Origin: Azospirillum sp. RU38E | GTDB taxonomy: Bacteria > Pseudomonadota > Alphaproteobacteria > Azospirillales > Azospirillaceae | Assembly (NCBI GenBank): GCA_943370215.1 | Contig: CALRQC020000027.1 | Location: forward strand, 2,171-66,170 | Reading direction: 5' to 3' | DNA length: 64,000 nt | Translations under genes and position numbers: made by a program | The notes under the pieces: model-generated | Told to the model about the DNA's origin: nothing | What the model saw: only the letters and a program-made list of their open reading frames with translations | Database searches by the model: none | In this document: positions 52,588 to 61,564 of the stretch, one piece after another | Position numbering within the stretch: the stretch's first letter is position 1 | Layout of the letters: the number at the start of each line of letters is the position of its first letter

Positions 52588-52725
52588 AGGCCTTCCCCAA
52601 CATGTCGTCGTTCCATGTGGGAAGGTTGGCGCCTGGAATGATTTACCCGCCTTGATTTAGGTCAAGCTTATCCCCCCATGCAGGGCAGGGGCCCGTGCAG
52701 GGGGGATCTATTACCCGCCTGATGG

Positions 52726-53043
52726 TCAGTCACGCTCATCTTTCAGGATTTCGCCGCTACGGGCATCCACCAGCAGTTCGCGGCGCACGCCCTGGCTATC
52801 GCGGGCTTTTACCTCGAACAGCTTGTCGCTTTTGCGCTCCACCTCGCGGATTTCGGTATAGCCCTTGGCTGACAGGTGGTCGATCACCTGGGTCATGCCC
52901 ATCGGTTGGCCTTGCGGGGCGGCCGGGGTGATGGCCGGGGTGGCGGGAGCGGCACTCTGGGCCAGGGCGAAACCACCCAGCGGCAGGGCCACCAGACCGG
53001 TGGCGAGCGTCAGGGCGGCAATTTTCAGATTCCGGGTCTTCAT
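52726..53043 (-). CDS. PepSY domain protein, secreted
   Basis: Signal peptide, then a C-terminal PepSY pattern: GYTEIREVERKSDKLFEVKARDSQGVRRELLVDARSGEIL. Confidence 0.8.
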   Translation of the reverse strand: MKTRNLKIAALTLATGLVALPLGGFALAQSAAPATPAITPAAPQGQPMGMTQVIDHLSAKGYTEIREVERKSDKLFEVKARDSQGVRRELLVDARSGEILKDERD

Positions 53044-53269
53044 CTTCGTCTATCCTCGCGCTTTGCAGTGATACAGATTTCGTTTTCCCGCATCTGCGGG
53101 GTTGGTCAACGCCGCACCGGCGGCAGACCTGCTGCCGCCGGCCTCCAATCCACCAAAGGTCAAATCCTCAGTGGCTTGGTATGAAACCCTTTCTGACGTA
53201 TCGGCCCTGAACCGATGCTGAATGGGCTGTTCATCGGCCGTTCAGCTTCACGCCTTCATATTGGTTCAC

Positions 53270-53629
53270 ATGCGAAACCTGTTGCTCCCCCTGGCCTTGT
53301 TGGCCGTCACCCTTTTGGCCGTACCATTGGCACCCATGGCGGCCGGTGATGACAGACCCGACCATGACCGCGCCCGTACTGCCTTGCAGCGGGGGGAGGT
53401 GCTGCCGCTGCGCGATATCGTGGCGCGGGCGGAGGCGGCCTTTCCCGGCCGCCTGCTGGAAGTGGAGCTGGAGGAAAAGGACGATGCCATCGTCTATGAT
53501 ATTGAACTGCTGTCCCCGGATGGCCGGCTGATCAAACTGCGCTACGATGCACGCACCGGCACCCTGCTGAAAGCCAAAGGGGCCGGGTTGACTGAACCGA
53601 AGCATGGACATGGGGCGGAGAAGGATTGA
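53270..53629 (+). CDS. PepSY domain protein, secreted
   Basis: Signal peptide MRNLLLPLALLAVTLLAV, then GRLLEVELEEKDDAIVYDIELLSPDGRLIKLRYDARTGTLL. ATGA coupling to the response regulator. Confidence 0.75.
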   Translation: MRNLLLPLALLAVTLLAVPLAPMAAGDDRPDHDRARTALQRGEVLPLRDIVARAEAAFPGRLLEVELEEKDDAIVYDIELLSPDGRLIKLRYDARTGTLLKAKGAGLTEPKHGHGAEKD

Positions 53630-54288
53630 TGCGCCTGCTGGTGGTGGAGGATGACCCGCAACTGCGTGAGCAGTTGCGTGCCGTATTGGAAGCCGCCCCC
53701 TATGCCGTGGACACGGCGCCGGATGGGGAGGAGGCGGCCTTCATGGGGGAAACCGAACCCTATGATGCGGTGGTGCTGGATCTGGGCCTGCCCAAGCGCG
53801 ACGGGCTGTCGGTGCTGCGGGGCTGGCGGGCGGCGGGACGCTCCATGCCCGTGTTGATCCTGACGGCGCGCGGCACCTGGCAGGAAAAGGTGGAGGGCAT
53901 GGACGCCGGGGCCGATGATTATCTGGCCAAGCCTTTCCGGATGGAGGAACTGCTGGCCCGGGTACGTGCGCTGATCCGCCGGGCCGGTGGGCAGGCGGCA
54001 GCGGAAATCACCTGTGGGCCGGTGGCGCTGGATACCCGCGCCGGGCGGGTGACGGTGGCGGGCCAGCCGGTGACGCTGACAGCGCATGAGTTGCGCGTAC
54101 TCTCTTACCTGATGCATCACCAGGGCCGCGTCATCTCCCGCACGGAATTGACCGAACATGTCTATGCCCAGGATTTCGATCGGGACAGCAACACGATTGA
54201 GGTCTTTATCGGCCGGCTGCGGCGCAAGCTGGGGGTGGATGTGATCCATACCGAACGCGGTCTTGGCTATCGGTTGGCAGCGCCCTGA
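53626..54288 (+). CDS. OmpR/PhoB-family response regulator
   Basis: REC domain (LVVEDD...VVLDLGLP...LILTA...DDYLAKPF) plus a winged-helix output (LTAHELRVLSYLM...VFIGRLRRKL). Confidence 0.9.
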   Translation: MMRLLVVEDDPQLREQLRAVLEAAPYAVDTAPDGEEAAFMGETEPYDAVVLDLGLPKRDGLSVLRGWRAAGRSMPVLILTARGTWQEKVEGMDAGADDYLAKPFRMEELLARVRALIRRAGGQAAAEITCGPVALDTRAGRVTVAGQPVTLTAHELRVLSYLMHHQGRVISRTELTEHVYAQDFDRDSNTIEVFIGRLRRKLGVDVIHTERGLGYRLAAP

Positions 54289-55646
54289 TGGGGCGCGTCG
54301 GTTCCCTGGGGCGGCGCCTGCTGGCGTTGGCCGTGATCTGGGTGCTGCTGGCGCTGCTGGTGGCCGGTGTCGCCCTCACCGACCTGTTCCGCAGCCATGT
54401 GGAGGCGGATTTGACCCGCGCCATGGAACAGCATCTGGACCAGTTGACCGCAGCGCTGTCCCTTCAGGGGCAGGGTGATGCGCGGCGACTGGTGTTGGCA
54501 CGGGAACTGAGCGACCCACGTTTTGAACGTCCACTGTCGGGCCTTTACTGGCAGGTCTCGCAAGCGGGGGAGGTGCGCTTGCGCTCCCGCTCCCTGTGGG
54601 ATCAGACGCTGCCGGAAGGCGGCGCGGTGCCGGCGGATGGTGTCTTGCATTTGCGTCGCGCCGTTGCGCCGGAGGGGGGCACCGCGCTGATCTGGGAACG
54701 GCGGGTTAGCCTGCCGGATGGTGACCAACCGCTGGATATCGCCGTAGCTGCCAATGCCGCCGCCCTGGAGGCAGCAACGGGCAATTTCGCCCGCGTGCTG
54801 GCCCTGTCGCTGGGTGTGCTGGCGCTGGGCCTGCTGGCGGCGGCCCTGGTGCAGGTGCGGCTGGGGCTGGTGCCGCTGGATCGGCTGCGCGCGGCCTTGG
54901 CCGACCTGCGGGCTGGGCGGTCGACGCGGGTAGAGGGGGCCTTCCCGTCAGAGGTGCAGCCGCTGGTCGATGATCTGAACCAGGTGCTGGCCGATAATGC
55001 CGACATGGTGGACCGTGCCCGCACCCAGGCCGGCAATCTGGCCCATGCCTTGAAAACCCCGCTGGCGGTGATCGCCAACAGTACCCAGGGCATGGCCGAT
55101 GCCGACGCCGCCCGGCTGATTGCGGCGGAGACGGAGCGGATGCGCCGCCAGATCGACCATCATCTGTCCCGCGCGCGGGCCGCGGCCATGGCGCGGGGGG
55201 CGGGCCTGCGCACGGCGGTGGTGCCTGCCCTGGCCGGGCTGGCGCGGACCATCCCGCGCCTGCACCCGGATCGGGATATCATCATTGATCAGCAAGTGGC
55301 CGACGGGCTGATGTTCCGGGGGGAGGGGCAGGATTTGCAGGAAATGGCCGGCAATCTGCTGGATAATGCCGCCAAATGGTGTGCGGGCCGAATCCGGCTT
55401 TCTGCTGCCCCGGCAGGCCCCGGCCGGTTTTGCATCATCGTGGCCGATGACGGTCCGGGCATTCCGGCCGACAGACGGGCCGCCGTGCTGGCCCGTGGCA
55501 CCCGCCTGGATGAGGCGGTGCCGGGCAGCGGGCTGGGGCTGGCCATTGTCGATGATCTGGCCCGGCTCTATGGCGGCTCGCTGGAGTTGGAGCAGGATGC
55601 GGCATTGGGCGGACTATCCGCCCGCCTGACATTGCCCTGTGCGTGA
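54288..55646 (+). CDS. Sensor histidine kinase (two TM, HAMP, HisKA, HATPase_c)
   Basis: The start overlaps the regulator's stop (TGATG). H-box NLAHALKTPLAVI, N box LLDNAAKW, G boxes DDGPGI and GSGLGLAIV. Confidence 0.9.
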   Translation: MGRVGSLGRRLLALAVIWVLLALLVAGVALTDLFRSHVEADLTRAMEQHLDQLTAALSLQGQGDARRLVLARELSDPRFERPLSGLYWQVSQAGEVRLRSRSLWDQTLPEGGAVPADGVLHLRRAVAPEGGTALIWERRVSLPDGDQPLDIAVAANAAALEAATGNFARVLALSLGVLALGLLAAALVQVRLGLVPLDRLRAALADLRAGRSTRVEGAFPSEVQPLVDDLNQVLADNADMVDRARTQAGNLAHALKTPLAVIANSTQGMADADAARLIAAETERMRRQIDHHLSRARAAAMARGAGLRTAVVPALAGLARTIPRLHPDRDIIIDQQVADGLMFRGEGQDLQEMAGNLLDNAAKWCAGRIRLSAAPAGPGRFCIIVADDGPGIPADRRAAVLARGTRLDEAVPGSGLGLAIVDDLARLYGGSLELEQDAALGGLSARLTLPCA

Positions 55647-55663
55647 AGGAGCCTTGAGAAGAG

Positions 55664-56146
55664 ATGAGTGGAAGCGACAAACAGCATCATTATGCGATCA
55701 ACGTCACCTGGACCGGTAACCAGGGGACGGGTACCAGTGGCTATCGCGCCTATTCCCGCGACCATCTGATTGCGGCAGGTGACAAGCCCGCTATCGCCGG
55801 CTCGTCCGATCCCAGCTTCCGGGGCGATCCAGCACGCTGGAATCCGGAGGAATTGCTGCTGGCATCCTTATCGGCCTGTCACAAGCTCTGGTATCTGGGG
55901 CTTTGTGCCGGGGCTGGAATCGTGGTCACGGATTATCAGGATACGGCCGAAGGCTGGATGGTGGAACATCCGGGCGGGGAGGGGCAGTTTACCCGCGTGC
56001 TGTTGCGCCCCACGGTGACATTGGCCAAGGGGAGCGATGTGGAAAAGGCCCGCCATCTACACCACACGGCGCATGAGAAATGCTTCATCGCCCGCTCGGT
56101 GAATTTCCCGGTAGAGGTGGAGCCTGTTTTTCTGACGGCTGGATAA
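55664..56146 (+). CDS. OsmC-family protein
   Basis: NPEELLLASLSACHKLWYL...HEKCFIARSV has the two conserved Cys contexts of OsmC/Ohr-like proteins. Confidence 0.85.
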   Translation: MSGSDKQHHYAINVTWTGNQGTGTSGYRAYSRDHLIAAGDKPAIAGSSDPSFRGDPARWNPEELLLASLSACHKLWYLGLCAGAGIVVTDYQDTAEGWMVEHPGGEGQFTRVLLRPTVTLAKGSDVEKARHLHHTAHEKCFIARSVNFPVEVEPVFLTAG

Positions 56147-56167
56147 GGGGCTTACCCTTTAATCCCA

Positions 56168-56302
56168 TTACCGATAACCCATCCTTCGAAAGTGCCCAGT
56201 TGGCGATGTCAGTTCCATGCCCAGCAGGTCGCGGTAAAACAGGATGGCACGGTCAAGGTCGCTGACCGCCAGGGTGATATGGTTCAGGCCACGAATGCTC
56301 AT
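56168..56302 (-). pseudogene. N-terminal stub (44 codons) of a VOC / glyoxalase-FosA-like gene
   Basis: MSIRGLNHITLAVSDLDRAILFYRDLLGMEL is the first beta-alpha-beta unit of VOC/FosA-type proteins. The frame then diverges and stops (TAA 56168-56170). Its ATG overlaps the TGA of the upstream kinase (ATGA). Confidence 0.45.
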
Positions 56303-57846
56303 TGGTGGCTCAGCAATGCCTGTTCCACAGCGCGTCGCAATCTGGCTGGCATGGCGGGTTTGCCCAGCAGCACCATGCTGGCGGCCTGGGCCTGGTGCCT
56401 TGCTTGCGTGCTCCCGTCGCCGGTCAGCAGCAGGGCCGGCAAGGGGCGTCCATAGCCGGTGCGCAGGGCCAGCACCAGATCGGGGCCGGAATCGCCGCCC
56501 GGCAGATGTAGATCGGTGATGATCAGGTCCGGTTCACGACCGGCCAACTCCTCCTCCAGTTCTGTCCGGCTGCCGCCAATGGCGGTACGGTATCCCCATT
56601 CCTGCAACAGCATTTCCAGGGCGGCCAATTGCAGCCGGTCATCCTCCAGCACCGCCACCAGGGGGCTGGTCGGAGTCGCTTCTACCGTCGGCACGGGGAC
56701 CGGTGGGTTCATGCCGTGTCGGCTGGCCAGCAGGCTGACGCGGCAGCCCTTGCCGGGCTGGCTCTCCAGGCTTACCCGATGACCAAGCGCTTGAGCGCCG
56801 TGCTGTACGATGGCGAGCCCCAGCCCCAAGCCACGCCGCCCCTGGCCCGCTTCGTCCAACTGCACGAAAGGCTGGAAGATGCGCTGCTGATCGTCCGGGG
56901 CGATGCCGGGGCCATTATCCCAGACCTCCAGTGCCGCCAGATCCCCCCGCCGCCGCGCGCCCAGCAACACCTTGCCACCGCGTCCGGCGTGGCGCAGGGC
57001 ATTGCCCAGCAATTGGCGCAGCAGCCTGTCCAGCATCATGCCATCGCTTTGCACCGTCAGCCTGCTGGGCACATGGCGCAGGCGTACATCCAGGCTGGCC
57101 GCCTGATCCTGATGTTCCTCCACCAGCCGCGCCAGCAGTGGGGCCAATGGTACGGGACCGGGGGAAAGCTTGGCGGTTCCCGCCTGCAGGACCGAGAGGT
57201 CCAGCAGGCTGCCCACCTGATGGGTCGCCGATTCGGCCGCATCACTCAGGCGCTGGATCAGTTCGCCCTGGCGCGGATCGGCGGCTTTGCCTTCCAGCAG
57301 ATGCAGGAACAGACGCATGGCCTGGAAGGGCTGGCGCAGGTCATGGTTTGCCTTGGCAAACAGGGCCGTACCCGCCTGTTGGTCGGATGGGGGCTCCTGC
57401 ACAAGGTGGCCGATGCCGACCAGCCCGCTGATCGAACCATTCTCGGCCCGCGTCGCGGCAAGGGAAAGGCTGACAGGCCGGAACGCTCCCTGAAGGGACA
57501 GACGGACGGTCAGCCGCCGGGGCAGCCCATCGGCCAGCACGGCCCGTTTTGCCGCCAAAACTTCTATCGGGGCCCCGGCATCTTCCATCTGCCCGTTCCA
57601 GCCGGCAAAAAGGCCCCGTGCCTGAATATAGTGAAGTTGGGTGTTCTGGACGAAATCACCGCTTCCGCCTTCCCGCAGCGCCGCGTCATAGGCGGCTTGC
57701 ACAGCCGTGTCGGTCAGGCTGTGACCGGCCGGGGACGGGGCTTTATTTGGCATGGGGGCGGGCTCCGGCGGAACGGGTGGGGCGCGTGCTTTTTGCCGAC
57801 CAAATATGATGTCAGCAATACAAGACGGGAAGTCCCTGATCGGCAT
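56299..57846 (-). CDS. Hybrid sensor histidine kinase / response regulator
   Basis: H-box ANHDLRQPFQAM, HATPase (VWDNGPGI, GLGLGLAIV), and a C-terminal REC (VAVLEDD...LIITDLHLPGG...LLTG). The roughly 170 aa N-terminal region has no TM segment and is not recognised. Alternative start at 57753. Confidence 0.85.
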   Translation of the reverse strand: MPIRDFPSCIADIIFGRQKARAPPVPPEPAPMPNKAPSPAGHSLTDTAVQAAYDAALREGGSGDFVQNTQLHYIQARGLFAGWNGQMEDAGAPIEVLAAKRAVLADGLPRRLTVRLSLQGAFRPVSLSLAATRAENGSISGLVGIGHLVQEPPSDQQAGTALFAKANHDLRQPFQAMRLFLHLLEGKAADPRQGELIQRLSDAAESATHQVGSLLDLSVLQAGTAKLSPGPVPLAPLLARLVEEHQDQAASLDVRLRHVPSRLTVQSDGMMLDRLLRQLLGNALRHAGRGGKVLLGARRRGDLAALEVWDNGPGIAPDDQQRIFQPFVQLDEAGQGRRGLGLGLAIVQHGAQALGHRVSLESQPGKGCRVSLLASRHGMNPPVPVPTVEATPTSPLVAVLEDDRLQLAALEMLLQEWGYRTAIGGSRTELEEELAGREPDLIITDLHLPGGDSGPDLVLALRTGYGRPLPALLLTGDGSTQARHQAQAASMVLLGKPAMPARLRRAVEQALLSHQ

Positions 57847-57881
57847 TCAACACCGCAGGCCGGTATGCCGTTCCGTCCGAC

Positions 57882-58844
57882 TCAGCCGCGAATGCGATTA
57901 TCCAGCCGCTCATCCTCCAGCCCCGCCGGCTCCTGATGGATGGCGAACTCCGCTGTGGGGAAGGCGGCTTTCAATTCTCTCTCGATCTCGTCGGTAATAT
58001 CGTGCGCCTGGGCCAGGGTCAGGTCAGGGGCCAGTTCCAGATGGAACTCGATATGCTGGCCCAGGCCGGTGGAGCGGGTGCGCAGATCATGCAGGCCGCG
58101 CGCCTGATGGTGGGCCAGTACCAGTTCCTTCACCGTCCGGCGGTCCTCGTCCGGCAATTCCCGGTCCATCAGCACGTCTAACGCCGTGGTGACGATGCGG
58201 CTCGCCCCCCAGACCAGGAAGCCGGCAATGCCCAGGGCGAACAGCGGATCCCAATAGGGCCAGCCGGTCCAGGCCGTCAGGCCCAACGCGACGATGACGG
58301 CGGCATTCATGAACAGATCGCCGCTATAATGCAGGCTGTCGGCATTGATGGCCATGGAGCCGGTGCAGCGGATGACGAAGCGCTGAAAGCCCAGCAGCAG
58401 TGCCGTCATGGCGATGGCAAACAGCATCACCCCGATGCCCAGCCAAGTTTCCCCCACCGGGCGCGGATCGACCAGCCGTCCGATTCCCTCATAGCCCAGA
58501 AACACACCGGAGCCGGCGACGAAGGCGGCCTGGGCCAGGGCTGCCAGCGGCTCCGCCTTGCCATAGCCAAAACGGTGGGCATGGTCGGGCGGGCGCAGGG
58601 CGCGCGCGACCCCCAGCAGGGTGACGACGGAGGCCAGCAGATCCACCGAGCTGTCGATCAAGGATGACAGGATGGAGACGGCATCCGTCGCCATATAGGT
58701 GGTGAGCTTGGCCAGGATCAGCGTCATTGCCACGGCGACGCTGGCATAGGTGGCGCGGCGGCGCCACTTGTCCAGCGCGCCGGTATCAGTCTCGACCATC
58801 TCACCCCTGCCGGAACTTACGGATAGAAGCGCTGCTTCGCCCAT
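57882..58844 (-). CDS. Cation diffusion facilitator (CDF) family transporter
   Basis: [14 protein letters not shown]...[19 protein letters not shown]...HYSGDLFMN plus a C-terminal cytoplasmic domain. The alternative ATG at 58799 would remove the overlap with pdxH. Confidence 0.9.
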   Translation of the reverse strand: MGEAALLSVSSGRGEMVETDTGALDKWRRRATYASVAVAMTLILAKLTTYMATDAVSILSSLIDSSVDLLASVVTLLGVARALRPPDHAHRFGYGKAEPLAALAQAAFVAGSGVFLGYEGIGRLVDPRPVGETWLGIGVMLFAIAMTALLLGFQRFVIRCTGSMAINADSLHYSGDLFMNAAVIVALGLTAWTGWPYWDPLFALGIAGFLVWGASRIVTTALDVLMDRELPDEDRRTVKELVLAHHQARGLHDLRTRSTGLGQHIEFHLELAPDLTLAQAHDITDEIERELKAAFPTAEFAIHQEPAGLEDERLDNRIRG

Positions 58845-59425
58845 TCCCCGTCGGTGCGGGTGAAGACGATGCGATCATGCAGGCGGAATTCCCGATCCTG
58901 CCAGAACTCAATATAGTCCGGCACGACGCGGTAACCCGACCAGTGCGGCGGGCGCGGGACGGGCTGGCCCTCATAACGGGCCTCCACCGCGCGGATGGCC
59001 GCTTCCAGGGTCTCCCGCTGATCCAGCGGGCGGGATTGCTGGCTGGCCCAGGCGCCGATCTGGCTGCCGCGCGGGCGGGACGCGAAATACTCATCCGCTT
59101 CCTGCGGGGTGACCGGCTCCACCAGCCCTTCGATCCGCACCTGCCGGCGCAGCGACTTCCAATGGAAGGTCAAGGCTGCGACAGCATGGGCGGCCAACTG
59201 GTCGCCCTTGCGGCTCTGCATATTGGTGAAGAAGGCGAAACCGCGCTCGTCAAAGCCCTTCAGCAACAAAATGCGCAGCGAAGGGCGGCCATTTGCTGCT
59301 ACCGTTGCAACCGACATGGCATTCGCGTCGTTTACCTCGGTGGCTTCCGCCTCGGTGAACCAGGTTTGGAATTGGACAAAGGGATCGGTGGCGTCTGCAA
59401 GGGACATCGTGGTGATCTTTGTCAT
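58817..59425 (-). CDS. pdxH: Pyridoxamine 5'-phosphate oxidase
   Basis: [34 protein letters not shown]...[17 protein letters not shown]...W..QRFYP are PdxH signatures. Start at ATG 59425. Confidence 0.9.
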   Translation of the reverse strand: MTKITTMSLADATDPFVQFQTWFTEAEATEVNDANAMSVATVAANGRPSLRILLLKGFDERGFAFFTNMQSRKGDQLAAHAVAALTFHWKSLRRQVRIEGLVEPVTPQEADEYFASRPRGSQIGAWASQQSRPLDQRETLEAAIRAVEARYEGQPVPRPPHWSGYRVVPDYIEFWQDREFRLHDRIVFTRTDGEWAKQRFYP

Positions 59426-59583
59426 AGTTGCGCCTGAATTTCGGTGGAGGATAAGCCCTGTTGAACGAATGTCCATGCCTCCCCCCGCATGGCTGTGTTC
59501 GCCACTTTCCGCGTGGAGCCGCCTGTCGGCCGGCCCCCGCCGCGTGTAAGCAGGCGGACCCTTCCCCAGGGGGGGCATATAAG

Positions 59584-60069
59584 ATGAGGTCAAAAATGCT
59601 GAAGAAGGTCGTGATCGCCACCGCCATGGTGGCCATGCTGGCGGGGTGTCAGAACAGCAATGCCGGTCAGAAGCAGACTGGCGGCGCCGTGCTGGGCGGT
59701 CTGATCGGTGGTCTGGCCGGCAGCCAGATCGGTGGCGGCTCGGGCAAGCTGTGGGCGACCGGTGCCGGTGCTGTGCTGGGCGCGCTGCTGGGTTCGGAAA
59801 TTGGTGCGTCGCTGGACAAGGCGGATCGTGCGGCGCTGGAGCGCAACACCTATCAGTCCTTCAATGCGCCGCTGAACCAGCCGATCGTCTGGGATAATCC
59901 CAACAATTCCAACCGCGTCATCGTGACCCCGACGGCGGAAGGCCGCCAGCAGGGCACCGGTGCCTATTGCCGCGAATACCAGCAGACGATCATCGTTGGC
60001 GGTCGCAGCGAGCAGGCTTTCGGTCGCGCCTGCCAGCAGCCGGATGGTAGCTGGAAGATCGTCAGCTAA
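59584..60069 (+). CDS. 17 kDa surface antigen-like lipoprotein (glycine-zipper plus C-terminal Cys domain)
   Basis: Lipobox LAGC, glycine zipper [17 protein letters not shown]...[13 protein letters not shown], and C-terminus [14 protein letters not shown]...[14 protein letters not shown]. Confidence 0.8.
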   Translation: MRSKMLKKVVIATAMVAMLAGCQNSNAGQKQTGGAVLGGLIGGLAGSQIGGGSGKLWATGAGAVLGALLGSEIGASLDKADRAALERNTYQSFNAPLNQPIVWDNPNNSNRVIVTPTAEGRQQGTGAYCREYQQTIIVGGRSEQAFGRACQQPDGSWKIVS

Positions 60070-60178
60070 TATGCAGGCCGGGCGGGGCTGGCCGGTTTCA
60101 TGCCGGATCAGTCACCGCCCGGCACCCCCCTTGTGCTTCCCTTATACGCATGGACCGAAATGGTTCCGCGCGGTGTGC

Positions 60179-60206
60179 TTGACCAAAGCCGGGCGCGCGG
60201 TAGGAT
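60179..60206 (+). promoter_or_regulatory. Sigma-70-like promoter candidate for the J-domain gene
   Basis: TTGACC, 16-nt spacer, TAGGAT, 36 nt upstream of ATG 60242. Confidence 0.3.
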
Positions 60207-60241
60207 GCATGGTTTGAAACGTCCTATTGCTTGTGGTGACC

Positions 60242-61174
60242 ATGCGCGATCCCTATGTAGTCCTTGGTGTGACGCGGAGTGCCTCCGCCGACGACATCAA
60301 GCAGGCTTTCCGGCGCCTGGCCAAGCAATACCATCCGGATGTCAATCCCGGCCGTCCGGACATTGAACTCAAGTTCAAAGAGGTCAACGGCGCCTACAGC
60401 CTGCTGTCCGATCCGGATAAGCGGGCCCGCTTCGACCGGGGTGAGATTGATGCCAGCGGGGCCGAACGGCCAGACCGTAGTTTCCGCCGCGCCTATGCCG
60501 GCGCTGGTGCAGGCCGCGAGTCTGGTAGCCGGGCCGGGGCTGATCCGTTCGGTGATGATGATCCGTTTGCTGAATTTTTCAGCGGTGCCCGCAAACGCTA
60601 TTCGGCGGGTGGCGCTTCCGGCGTGAAGGCCAAGGGGGCGGATGTCAGCTATTCCGTCACCGTTCCCTTTACGGATGCTTGCCTGGGCACCAAACGGCGC
60701 CTGACCCTGTCGACCGGCAAGACCATTGATATCAATGTCCCGGCCGGCACCAAGGATCAGACCAAGCTGCGCCTGAAAGGGCAGGGGCTACCGGGGTTGG
60801 GCGGTGCCGGGGCGGGGGATGCGATTGTCGAAATCCATGTCGATAACCACCCCTTCTTCACGCGTAAGGATGATGACATTCATCTGGATGTGCCGGTGAA
60901 CCTGCAGGAAGCGGTACTGGGTGCGGCCATCAAGGTGCCGACGCTTGATGGGCAGGTGGCCGTGAAGGTGCCGCAAGGGGCCAATAGCGGTACGGTGCTG
61001 CGCCTGAAGGGCAAGGGCATCGTCAATGCCGAACGCAAGGTCACCGGTGATTTCTATGTGAAGCTGGTGGTGATGCTGCCGGAAAAGCCGGATGCGGAAC
61101 TGGCAGGTTTCATCGAGAAATGGGCCAAGACGCATGATTATGATGTGCGGCGGAAGCTGAACCAGCCAGTCTGA
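60242..61174 (+). CDS. J-domain co-chaperone, CbpA-like (no zinc-finger domain)
   Basis: DPYVVLGV...IKQAFRRLAKQYHPDVNP (HPD), a G-rich linker and DnaJ C-terminal beta domains. No CxxCxGxG repeats. Confidence 0.85.
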   Translation: MRDPYVVLGVTRSASADDIKQAFRRLAKQYHPDVNPGRPDIELKFKEVNGAYSLLSDPDKRARFDRGEIDASGAERPDRSFRRAYAGAGAGRESGSRAGADPFGDDDPFAEFFSGARKRYSAGGASGVKAKGADVSYSVTVPFTDACLGTKRRLTLSTGKTIDINVPAGTKDQTKLRLKGQGLPGLGGAGAGDAIVEIHVDNHPFFTRKDDDIHLDVPVNLQEAVLGAAIKVPTLDGQVAVKVPQGANSGTVLRLKGKGIVNAERKVTGDFYVKLVVMLPEKPDAELAGFIEKWAKTHDYDVRRKLNQPV

Positions 61175-61188
61175 CCGGTATGGCGATA

Positions 61189-61216
61189 CCGTCATAATCC
61201 CGTCATGAAGGGTCAT
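61189..61216 (+). promoter_or_regulatory. Three helically phased GTCAT direct repeats (Pho-box-like)
   Basis: CCGTCAT-AATC-CCGTCAT-GAA-GGGTCAT, with GTCAT at 61191, 61202 and 61212 (spacing 11 and 10 bp). TGCAAT hexamers follow at 61227 and 61232. Confidence 0.35.
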
Positions 61217-61297
61217 GCCAGCGGGTTGCAATGCAATTGTCGCATGGCGCCTCCGGTATCAACCCGATAAGTGCTCTAACGGCATGTCCGCATCAAA

Positions 61298-61327
61298 GCC
61301 ACCTTCAGGGTTGAAGGTGGCTTTTTT
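61298..61327 (+). terminator. Strong intrinsic terminator
   Basis: GCCACCTTCA-GGGT-TGAAGGTGGC followed by TTTTTT, flanked 5' by AAA. Confidence 0.75.
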
Positions 61328-61429
61328 GTTTAAAATCAATTTGTTGGCGATATTGTTCGTTTTTAACCCTTTATTACAGCCTATCCGGTTGATCGGCAGG
61401 CGGGGCGGCCCTGCGGCCACCGGTGGGGC

Positions 61430-61460
61430 ACGTCATCAAAGCGTAACATTGTTGTAGTAT
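61430..61460 (+). promoter_or_regulatory. pstS-proximal Pho-box-like repeats overlapping a -10 hexamer
   Basis: GTCAT (61432), GTAAC (61443) and GTAGT (61454) are spaced 11 bp apart. TAGTAT at 61455-61460 is a -10 candidate, about 105 nt upstream of the pstS start. Confidence 0.35.
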
Positions 61461-61564
61461 TTGCTTCGCGCAGCGCCGCTATGGTCCCGGCACCCAGCAG
61501 GGACATTGACCTGGATGGATGTCTCCATTCCAGGGTGCTGCCCAATAAACCGGAGGCCATTGCT

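Noticed and set aside
61215-61457. 80-aa plus-strand ORF between the J-protein gene and pstS
   Set aside because: It reads straight through a canonical intrinsic terminator and an AT-rich promoter region. Implausible as coding.
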